From contig CAWGAT010000044.1 of NCBI GenBank assembly GCA_963820555.1, positions 45,638 through 109,637 of the forward strand: 64,000 nt of DNA. Reading direction: 5' to 3'. The position numbers and the translations under genes were made by a program. Source of the DNA: Candidatus Bathyarchaeota archaeon. Its GTDB lineage: Archaea > Thermoproteota > Bathyarchaeia > TCS64. The notes beneath the pieces were generated by a model, which saw only the letters and a program-made list of their open reading frames with translations, was not told the DNA's origin and ran no database searches. Positions 28,829 through 36,771 of the stretch are shown in pieces; the first letter of the stretch is position 1, and each line of letters opens with the position of its first letter.

Positions 28829-30757
28829 ATGAACGGAGATGCTCTCATAGCCCTGACTGTTGGTTTCCCGTCTTTGGCGGGCCTCTTATGTTATGCCCTG
28901 AACAATAAGGCGGCTAGAAGAATCATTGTGGCGCTGACCGCCGCTGTTCTCATAGGTTCATCCCTCCTACTTTTCCAGGGCGGTGGTGGACATACGTACG
29001 ATTCACCGCCGATATTCGAAAGCGTTGTCCTTGTGCTCGACCTCGCGCTACTGGTTTACTTCCTCTACGCCGGGTTGAAGTATAACAACTTGCTTGTCAT
29101 CGGGCTCGCCGCGCTGCAGCTTGTTCCAGTGGCTTATTTTGAGTTCGGCCTCGGCGGAATGGCCGTCGAGCCGATGATCATCGTCAATCAGCTCTCGCTT
29201 ATAATGAGCCTGATCATCAGCATCGTGGGCTCCTTCATTGTCGTGTACGCTCTAAGCTATATGGATGAGCATGAGCATCACTTACACATCGAGAAGAGCA
29301 AGCAACCGCGCTTCTTCTTCTTCATGCTGCTCCTCCTCAGCGCGATGTATGGTCTCGTTTTCAGCAACAGCCTCTACTGGGTCTACTTCTTCTGGGAAGT
29401 CACGACCCTTTGCAGCTACGAGCTGATTAGGCACGACGGAACGGACATCGCGGTAAAGAACTCGCTGACCGCCCTCTGGATGAACCTCCTCGGCGGCGTC
29501 GGCTTCGTCGCCGCGATCTACCTCGCATACACCTTCGCGGGTACCCTCTCCATAGAGGCTCTGGTAAACTCGAACTTGACTCGCCCATCTTTACTACTCT
29601 TCGCCGCGCTCGCTTTCGCTGCTTTTACAAAGTCCGCCCAGTTTCCATTCAACAAGTGGTTACAGGGCGCGATGGTCGCGCCGACCCCCGTCTCCGCACT
29701 GCTTCATTCCAGCACGATGGTTAACGCAGGCATCTTCCTCATCCTAAGGTTCGCCCCCGCCTTCAGCGATACCGCACTTAGCTTCGGGGTCGCCCTTGTC
29801 GGGGCGTTCACCTTCATGATAACTGCTGTCCTCGCCCTGAACGAGAGGCTATCCAAGGGGATACTCGCCTACTCTACCATAGGGAACCTCGGCCTCATCA
29901 TACTCTGCGTGGGGATCAGCACCCCTCAGAACCCACTGGGCTACGTCGCAGCGCTAACGTTGCTCATCTTCCACTCCGTCTCTAAGGGCCTCCTCTTCCT
30001 CTGCGCGGGTGTCGTCGAGAACCGCGTACACACGCGCGTGATCGAGGACTGGGAGGGGCTCCTCGCAAGGCTCCCCACCACGACGATTATCATGATCGTC
30101 GGGATGTTGAGCATGTTCCTGCCCCCATTCGGGATGCTACTAGGCAAGTGGGTGGCCATCGACGCGATAATCACGTCGTCAACCCTCGGCTTCCTCATAA
30201 TAATCTCGTTCGTGCTCATAGGTAGTGCTGCGACGACCCTCTACTATGCGAAGTGGCTGGGGCACATGCTCGTGCTCCCACAGTCTGGGAAAAAGCTCGG
30301 CGTGGAGCAGCTCCCGCTACCATACTCGATATCGCTATTGTCCCTGCTAACTCTCGGCATAGTGATGGGGGCCGGTGCATCGATGGTCATCGGGGCGGTC
30401 GTGCTCCCCGCGTTGCCTGCCGGGAACTTCCCTTTCATAAGCGCCGGGACCCTGAGCTTCTCCACTGGCATCGGTACGTTCCTCACCTACCCATTCTGGG
30501 TCGGCGCCATAGCTATCTTCGTCTTAGGGTGGATAATAGCGACGAAGAAGGGCGGCGTCGTGAAGCCACCCTACGTCAGCGGCGAGAATGTCTCGGACAA
30601 CCCCGACGCCTTCAAGACGACGGCGGACACCCAGGTCCCGATGGAGGTCTCAGCCTTATTCATGGAAAACGAGTTCAGCCAATCCAAGGTGCTGAGCTAC
30701 GGCGCCGTGACGGGGGCGTTGATCGTCATGATAATGTTCATAACGGTGGTGCTTTGA
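28829..30757 (+). CDS. Ech-type hydrogenase membrane subunit, antiporter-like (EchA/NuoL/MrpD family)
   Basis: 642 aa, polytopic. Contains WVYFFWEVTTLCSY and ALLHSSTMVNAGIFLILRF regions typical of NuoL/M/N-type subunits. Confidence 0.85.
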   Translation: MNGDALIALTVGFPSLAGLLCYALNNKAARRIIVALTAAVLIGSSLLLFQGGGGHTYDSPPIFESVVLVLDLALLVYFLYAGLKYNNLLVIGLAALQLVPVAYFEFGLGGMAVEPMIIVNQLSLIMSLIISIVGSFIVVYALSYMDEHEHHLHIEKSKQPRFFFFMLLLLSAMYGLVFSNSLYWVYFFWEVTTLCSYELIRHDGTDIAVKNSLTALWMNLLGGVGFVAAIYLAYTFAGTLSIEALVNSNLTRPSLLLFAALAFAAFTKSAQFPFNKWLQGAMVAPTPVSALLHSSTMVNAGIFLILRFAPAFSDTALSFGVALVGAFTFMITAVLALNERLSKGILAYSTIGNLGLIILCVGISTPQNPLGYVAALTLLIFHSVSKGLLFLCAGVVENRVHTRVIEDWEGLLARLPTTTIIMIVGMLSMFLPPFGMLLGKWVAIDAIITSSTLGFLIIISFVLIGSAATTLYYAKWLGHMLVLPQSGKKLGVEQLPLPYSISLLSLLTLGIVMGAGASMVIGAVVLPALPAGNFPFISAGTLSFSTGIGTFLTYPFWVGAIAIFVLGWIIATKKGGVVKPPYVSGENVSDNPDAFKTTADTQVPMEVSALFMENEFSQSKVLSYGAVTGALIVMIMFITVVL

Positions 30758-30758
30758 C

Positions 30759-31667
30759 ATGGTAGACTTCCTTAACCTCAACACGTACGTCCCAGTGGTC
30801 CTAGTCATACTGGCCCCCATGATCGGCGGCCTGCTGATGGGAATAGACCGGAGGATAACCGCTAGGATGCAGAGCCGCATGGGGCCGCCGATAATGCAAC
30901 CCTTCTACGACGCGATAAAGCTCTGGGGCAAGGAGCCGTTCATCGCGAGCAGCATCCAGCCGATCCTGGCCTTCGGCTACTTCGGCTTCAGTGTCGCCGC
31001 CTTCGCGCTTCTCGCCTTCGGGCAGGACATGTTACTGCTCGTCTTCACCATGGCGATAGCGGATCTATGCCTGATAGTGGCGGCCTTCAACTCCAAGTCC
31101 CCATACAGCAACATAGGCGCCCGCCGCGAGCTACTCGGAATGCTAAGCTACGAGCCCGTTCTGCTCCTGGCAGCGATCAGTATCTTCTTCGTCTCCGGTA
31201 GCTTCATGGTCGGCTCGATCTTCGATGTCAAAGTGCCGCTGCTCACGATCCTTCCCTTAACCTTCCTAGCCCTCATCCCTGTTCTCATCATCGACATGAA
31301 GAAGTCCCCCTTCGACGTCTCGGGTTCAGGCCACGCCCACCAAGAACTCGTCAGGGGTGTCTACACAGAGTTCAGCGGTTACACCCTCGCACTCGTCGAG
31401 CTAGGCCACTGGACGAAGGTCGCCCTGCTCGTAGGCTTAGCGAGCCTATTCTGGGCAAAGGACGTAGTCCTTGGCGCCCTCACGGTCCCGTGGATAGTGG
31501 TGGGTGCAGTCATCGCCTTTGCCCTCTTCTTCGTCGTGCTCGTGATAGACAACAGCTACCCGAGGCTCGACTGGAAGACGATGGTAAAGACCACGTGGGT
31601 CGTGGGCTTCCTCCTGATAATCGCGAACATCGTCGGGCTCATCGCCCGTGTGGTGATACTATCATGA
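30759..31667 (+). CDS. Ech-type hydrogenase membrane subunit (EchB/NuoH/HycD family)
   Basis: GIDRRITARMQSRMGPPIMQPFYDAIKLWGKE signature; starts 1 nt after the upstream stop. Confidence 0.85.
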   Translation: MVDFLNLNTYVPVVLVILAPMIGGLLMGIDRRITARMQSRMGPPIMQPFYDAIKLWGKEPFIASSIQPILAFGYFGFSVAAFALLAFGQDMLLLVFTMAIADLCLIVAAFNSKSPYSNIGARRELLGMLSYEPVLLLAAISIFFVSGSFMVGSIFDVKVPLLTILPLTFLALIPVLIIDMKKSPFDVSGSGHAHQELVRGVYTEFSGYTLALVELGHWTKVALLVGLASLFWAKDVVLGALTVPWIVVGAVIAFALFFVVLVIDNSYPRLDWKTMVKTTWVVGFLLIIANIVGLIARVVILS

Positions 31668-32107
31668 AGACAATGACTAAGGCACGGCTCAAGTCGCCGT
31701 GGGTCATGCACTTCGACTGCGGCAGCTGCAACGGCTGCGACATCGAGATACTCGCCGCTCTGACGCCGAAGTTCGACGTGGAGCGCTTCGGAATCGTCAA
31801 TATAGGTGACCCGAAGCAGGCGGACGTCCTATTAGTGACGGGTCCCGCCAACAAGCGCAACCAGCGCGTATTAAAGAACCTCTACGACCAGATGCCCCAA
31901 CCTAAGGTCGTCATCGCCATCGGCGAGTGCGCCTGCAGTGGCGCGATCTTCCATAACTGCCCCAACACTCTCGGTGGCGTCGACAAGGTCATCCCCGTGG
32001 ACGTCTATGTCCCCGGATGCGCGGCACGTCCCGAGTCGATCATAGACGGAGTCGTACTAGCACTGCAGAAGCTCCAGAAAGTGAGCGAGGGCGAGAAGGT
32101 GGAATAA
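31664..32107 (+). CDS. group-4 [NiFe] hydrogenase small subunit (EchC/NuoB-like)
   Basis: Four cluster cysteines in CGSCNGCDIE, GECACSG and VPGCAARPE; ATGA overlap with the upstream gene. Confidence 0.9.
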   Translation: MKTMTKARLKSPWVMHFDCGSCNGCDIEILAALTPKFDVERFGIVNIGDPKQADVLLVTGPANKRNQRVLKNLYDQMPQPKVVIAIGECACSGAIFHNCPNTLGGVDKVIPVDVYVPGCAARPESIIDGVVLALQKLQKVSEGEKVE

Positions 32108-32108
32108 G

Positions 32109-33908
32109 ATGACTGCACAGCAGTTCGAATTAAAGTCAAAGACCGAGAACATCGCGGCTGAGAAGTCGGAGATGTTCAACAGGCTAAGCGAGCTGAAGGC
32201 TCAGGGTGCTCGCCTAATTACTATCACGGCCCTCGACCACGGCAAGGAGATTGAGTACGTCTACAACTTCTCAAGGGACATGGACGTGGTCAACCTCCAC
32301 GTCAAGACGCCAAGGAAGGAGCCGATGCCGAGCATCACGAGCGTTTACCCCTCCGCCTTCCTCTTCGAGAACGAGATACAGGACCTGTTCAAGATTCAGA
32401 TCTCTGGGATAAGCGTCGACTTCGGCGGCAAACTCCTCACCATCGAAGGGGCTGACGACACAACGCTCGTCAAGCCGGCGATCGGTCCCGCGCCGTTCAT
32501 CAAGAGGTTCTACGGGCGCTGCCGCGAGGCGTGCCCCGGCTCGGTTAACGCTCCCAAGTACATCAGGCAAGTCGCCCAGGGCGACCCGCAGGGCGGTTAC
32601 AGCACGGTATGCGAGCGGGCTCCCCTCCCCGCCATACTCGGGAGAGTCTGCTTCGCCCCCTGCCAAGAGGGCTGCCGTCAGGAACGCAACGACGAGCCCA
32701 TCCAGATTAGACTCATCAAGAGATACACGGCGGACTCGATGCCCAGCCTCAAGAGGAAGATGAAGGTAACCAAGCCCACCGGTAAGAAAGTCGCGATCGT
32801 AGGTGGGGGACCCGCTGGCGTTAGCTGCGCCTACTTCCTCGGGCTGCTCGGTCACGAGGTCACCCTCTACGAGAGGGGTGACCGCTGCGGCGGGGCAATG
32901 CTTTGGGGTATACCCAAGTACAGGCTCCCCAAGGACCTCCTGGAGGAGGAGATACAGGCACGCCTATCTGAGGCGGGTGTCGCCCTCAAGACGAAGAAGG
33001 AGGTCAAGAACCTCAAGACCCTGAAGAAGGACAACGACGCCGTCTTCGTCGCCATAGGGGCGCTCGACAGCTACAAGCTGGGCGTCGAGGGCGAGGACAA
33101 CGAGGGAGTCATGGACTTCCGCGAGCTCCTCAGCCAGGTCAACGTCCACGACAAGACCCCGTCCATAGGCGACCGCGTCGCTATCATCGGCGGAGGAAAC
33201 AGCTCGATAGACGCCGCGCGCGTCTCCAAGCGCCTCGGAGCCAGCAAGTTGGTCATGTACTACAGGCGCACCGAGAAGGAGATGCCTGCCTCGCCCCACG
33301 AGATCCACGGGGCGCTCCAAGAGGGCGTCAGCTTCGAGTACCTCACCGCCCCCGTGAAGATCGAGCCCGGTAAGCCCCTGAAACTCACCCTCCAGCACAT
33401 GGAGCTCGGCGCACCCGACGACTCGGGCAGGCGCAGGCCCGTGCCAGTGAAGGGGAGCGATTTCACGGTCGAGGTCGACACGATAGTCAAGGCGATCGGC
33501 CAGTCAGTTGTCGTGCCAGCAGACTTCGGCGTCGAGGTCAACAGGCAGGGCAGGATAGTCATCAACGAGGAGACGATGCAGACGAGTCTCCCCGGCGTCT
33601 ACGCCGGCGGAGACGGCGTCTACGGCCCCAGCAGCGTCATCGAGGCACTGAGGGACGGCAGGAAGGCCGCCCACAGCATAGACATGAGCCTCGGCGGCAA
33701 GGGCCTCCCACCGCCAGACCTTGATGCGGACGAGTTCGTGGGCCGCCCCCCAAACATCGAGGAGATCAGGTTCCAGGAGATGGTGAGCTGCCGCGAGCTA
33801 AACGCCGAGGAGCGCATAAAGGGCTTCGGCGAGGTCGAGCTCGGCTACAACGAGGACGAGGCGCTTCGTGAGGCGAAGCGCTGCTGGAAGTGTGACTGGA
33901 ATGAATGA
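32109..33908 (+). CDS. fusion protein: NuoC/EchD-like domain plus a GltD/NfnB-type NAD(P)H flavoprotein domain
   Basis: aa 1-115: PSITSVYPSAFLFENEIQDLFKIQISG (NuoC signature). aa ~135-560: RCREACPG, GRVCFAPCQEGC, KKVAIVGGGPAGVSCAY, DRVAIIGGGNSSIDAAR, GVYAGGDGV. C-terminal CWKC. Confidence 0.85.
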   Translation: MTAQQFELKSKTENIAAEKSEMFNRLSELKAQGARLITITALDHGKEIEYVYNFSRDMDVVNLHVKTPRKEPMPSITSVYPSAFLFENEIQDLFKIQISGISVDFGGKLLTIEGADDTTLVKPAIGPAPFIKRFYGRCREACPGSVNAPKYIRQVAQGDPQGGYSTVCERAPLPAILGRVCFAPCQEGCRQERNDEPIQIRLIKRYTADSMPSLKRKMKVTKPTGKKVAIVGGGPAGVSCAYFLGLLGHEVTLYERGDRCGGAMLWGIPKYRLPKDLLEEEIQARLSEAGVALKTKKEVKNLKTLKKDNDAVFVAIGALDSYKLGVEGEDNEGVMDFRELLSQVNVHDKTPSIGDRVAIIGGGNSSIDAARVSKRLGASKLVMYYRRTEKEMPASPHEIHGALQEGVSFEYLTAPVKIEPGKPLKLTLQHMELGAPDDSGRRRPVPVKGSDFTVEVDTIVKAIGQSVVVPADFGVEVNRQGRIVINEETMQTSLPGVYAGGDGVYGPSSVIEALRDGRKAAHSIDMSLGGKGLPPPDLDADEFVGRPPNIEEIRFQEMVSCRELNAEERIKGFGEVELGYNEDEALREAKRCWKCDWNE

Positions 33909-35028
33909 TGCAAAGATGTCCCAGAACAAGTACACCGTAATACCCTTTGGGCCCCAGCACCCCGTGCTACCCGAACCCGTACACCTCCGCTTCATCGTCG
34001 ACGAGGACAAGATAGTCGACGTCGTGCCAAACCTAGGCTACGTCCACCGCGGTATCGAGCGCGGCTGCGAGATCAACGACTACAAGAGGAACATCTACCT
34101 CTGCGAGCGCGTCTGTGGCATCTGCAACTACATCCACGGAATGACCTACAGCGAGGCGATCGAGAAGGCGACCGACACCGAGGTCCCCGCCCGCGCCAAG
34201 TACATACGCGTCGCATGGAGTGAGCTACAGCGCCTCCAGAGCCACCTGCTCTGGCTCGGCCTCTTCGCCGACGCGATCGGCTTCGAGAGCCTGTTCATGC
34301 AGATCTGGCGCGACCGTGAGGTTATACTCACCCTGAACGAGAAGACGAATGGTCACCGCATCCACCTAGAGACCAACGTGATCGGCGGCTGTAGGAAGGA
34401 CATCGACGAGAGCCTCGCGAAGGCCTACGTCGACGACCTCAGCATCGTGAGGCAGAAGATGGAGAACCTTCGCCCAGTCTTCTACAAGGACTCAGCCCTG
34501 AAGGCGAAGTGTGAGGGGAGGGGAATCCTGCCGAAGAGCAAGGCATCCTTCCTCGGCGCGGTCGGCCCAACTATCAGGGGAAGCGGTATCAAGACGGACG
34601 CCAGAATGACCGGATACGAGGCATACGGGGCCCTCGGATTCGAGCCTATAACCCACGAGGGGGAGGACGCCTACTCGAGGATGCTCGTCAGATACGACGA
34701 GGTCTTCCAGAGCCTCGACCTCATCGAGAAGGCGCTGAAGGAGATGCCGGAGGGGCCGGTGCTCAACAAGAGCACAAAGTTCCCGGAGGGCACAGCCCTC
34801 GTGAGGACGGAGCAGCCGCGCGGTGAGCTATTCTACTACATCGAGGGGAACGGCACGAACAAGCTTAGCCGCTGCAAGATCAGGACCCCCACCGCAGCCA
34901 ACATCCCGCCGCTCGTCTCGATGCTCATCGGGAACGATGTCCCGGACATCCCAACTATCATCCACAGCATCGACCCGTGCATAAGCTGCACGGAGCGCTT
35001 CATCCAGGTGAAGAAGGAGGCGAACTGA
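33901..35028 (+). CDS. group-4 [NiFe] hydrogenase large subunit (EchE/NuoD-like)
   Basis: PFGPQHP, N-terminal NiFe motif RVCGICNYIHG, C-terminal DPCISCTER; 8-nt overlap with the fusion gene. Confidence 0.9.
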   Translation: MNDAKMSQNKYTVIPFGPQHPVLPEPVHLRFIVDEDKIVDVVPNLGYVHRGIERGCEINDYKRNIYLCERVCGICNYIHGMTYSEAIEKATDTEVPARAKYIRVAWSELQRLQSHLLWLGLFADAIGFESLFMQIWRDREVILTLNEKTNGHRIHLETNVIGGCRKDIDESLAKAYVDDLSIVRQKMENLRPVFYKDSALKAKCEGRGILPKSKASFLGAVGPTIRGSGIKTDARMTGYEAYGALGFEPITHEGEDAYSRMLVRYDEVFQSLDLIEKALKEMPEGPVLNKSTKFPEGTALVRTEQPRGELFYYIEGNGTNKLSRCKIRTPTAANIPPLVSMLIGNDVPDIPTIIHSIDPCISCTERFIQVKKEAN

Positions 35029-35029
35029 T

Positions 35030-35368
35030 ATGCCGGAAATGGTAAAGGAAGTGCTCAAGAACCTCTTCAGCAAGCCAGCGACCGTCAAGTACCCGTTCGA
35101 GAAGCCGACGCCGGTCCCCGGGACACGCGGGGCCCTGACGTGGGACATGAACAGGTGCGACCAGTGCCAGGACTGCGAGCGCGTCTGCCCGAGCATGGCA
35201 ATCAAGGTCGTACCCGAGGAGAAGAGGGTCGAGTATCAGGCATTCAAGTGCCTCTTCTGCTACCTCTGCATAGACAACTGCATGCAGCAGGCGATCATCG
35301 GCTCGGACGTCATGAGGGCGCCCGAGTACACGAAGAAGACCGAGGTCTTCGAGGCCCAGAAAGCGTAG
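35030..35368 (+). CDS. 2x[4Fe-4S] ferredoxin subunit (EchF/NuoI-like)
   Basis: CDQCQDCERVCP and CLFCYLCIDNC motifs; starts 1 nt after the large-subunit stop. Confidence 0.85.
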   Translation: MPEMVKEVLKNLFSKPATVKYPFEKPTPVPGTRGALTWDMNRCDQCQDCERVCPSMAIKVVPEEKRVEYQAFKCLFCYLCIDNCMQQAIIGSDVMRAPEYTKKTEVFEAQKA

Positions 35369-35415
35369 GTTTTCTTTCTCAATCTTTTTAATCCACTGTC
35401 ATTCATCAGAAGCAG

Positions 35416-35901
35416 ATGGTCCCAGACAGCGTAGTGGATCTCTCCGAGGCGGACACACGCTTCATGAGGAGTCTCGAGGCCGAGCTTGGCGCGAGCGACC
35501 TCAGCAAGTGCTTCCAGTGCGGGGTATGCACAGCCTCCTGCCCGATCCGGGAGGTCGAGGCGTCGTTCAGCCCCCGGAGGATAATGAAGCTGGCCAAGAT
35601 GGGGCTGAAGAAGCGGGTATACGCGAGCGACACCATCTGGCTCTGCAGCATGTGCTTCATGTGCCTCGAGAGGTGCCCACAGGACGTGCGCCCACCCGAG
35701 GTGATGATTGTCCTCAGGAACATGGCGGCGAAGGAGGGCGTGGCCCCCGCCAACCTCTCCAAGCTCCTCGACATACTGAAGCAAAACGGGCGAGTCTACT
35801 CCGTCGACGACTTCACGAACGAGGAGAGGGGCGACCGCGGCCTGCCCACCGTCGAGGCGGAGCCAGAGTTCATTAAGCGCATCTCGGAGGCGAAGTCATG
35901 A
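35416..35901 (+). CDS. hdrC: heterodisulfide reductase subunit C
   Basis: CFQCGVCTASCP and CSMCFMCLERCP motifs; 161 aa. Confidence 0.85.
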   Translation: MVPDSVVDLSEADTRFMRSLEAELGASDLSKCFQCGVCTASCPIREVEASFSPRRIMKLAKMGLKKRVYASDTIWLCSMCFMCLERCPQDVRPPEVMIVLRNMAAKEGVAPANLSKLLDILKQNGRVYSVDDFTNEERGDRGLPTVEAEPEFIKRISEAKS

Positions 35902-36770
35902 GGTACGGCCTCTTCCTTGGGTGCACCATCCCGACCCGGCAGATGAACTACGAGCAATCCGCGAGGGAGGTTGCGAGGGTGTTCGGCATCGAGTTCGTCT
36001 ACAGCGGCTACGGCTGCTGCGGGTTCCCCGTGGAGTCGGTCGACGAGGTCAAGGCACTGTCAATGGCTGCCGCAAATCTGAAGATCGCTTCATCAAGTGG
36101 GGATGCCCTCGTCACCCTGTGCTCGGCCTGCGGAGAGATGTTAAACAAGACAGAGAAGAGGCTCGGTGAGGACGCCGAGGCCGCGAAGGGCGTCGGGAAG
36201 GTCCTCGCCCAGGTGGGTCTAACATACTCGGGGGAGAAACCGAGGGTGATCCACTTCGCCAGGATGCTCCACGACGACTACGGCCTAGATAAAATCCGAG
36301 CACAGGTCGTGAGGCCACTCAAGGGCCTGAAGATCGCCACACACCCAGGCTGCCACTACGTCCGCCCATCAACCCTCTACCCGGGATTCGACGACCCTGA
36401 GTTCCCAGGCACCCTCGACAGGCTCGTCGAGGCCACGGGGGCCGAGGCTCTCGACTACCAGGGGAAGACAGACTGCTGCGGAGGCGGGATACTAGCAGTC
36501 CGAGAGGAGATAGCGAAGGCGATGACCGGTAAGAAGCTCTCGAGGCTATCCGGAAAGGCCGATGCCATGGTTGTCGTCTGCCCTTTCTGCGGGATAATGT
36601 ACGACAAGTACCAGAAGACACTAGAGGAGGAGCTTGGGAAGCAGTTCGGTCTCCCCGTCCTCTACTACCCCCAGCTACTCGGCCTCGCACTGGGCATCGA
36701 TCCATCCAAGCTGGGCTTCGACGTCAACTCGGTGGGCGTCCAAGCCCTCCTAGGGAAGGTGGGTGTCTGA
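35898..36770 (+). CDS. hdrB: heterodisulfide reductase subunit B
   Basis: Two CCG-domain motifs, GYGCCGFP and KTDCCGGG; ATGA overlap with hdrC. Confidence 0.9.
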   Translation: MRYGLFLGCTIPTRQMNYEQSAREVARVFGIEFVYSGYGCCGFPVESVDEVKALSMAAANLKIASSSGDALVTLCSACGEMLNKTEKRLGEDAEAAKGVGKVLAQVGLTYSGEKPRVIHFARMLHDDYGLDKIRAQVVRPLKGLKIATHPGCHYVRPSTLYPGFDDPEFPGTLDRLVEATGAEALDYQGKTDCCGGGILAVREEIAKAMTGKKLSRLSGKADAMVVVCPFCGIMYDKYQKTLEEELGKQFGLPVLYYPQLLGLALGIDPSKLGFDVNSVGVQALLGKVGV

Positions 36771-36771
36771 C

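Noticed and set aside
32271-33398. Minus-strand ORFs 32271-32855 and 32964-33398, antisense to the NuoC-GltD fusion gene
   Set aside because: Shadow ORFs. The plus-strand frame carries multiple family signatures.
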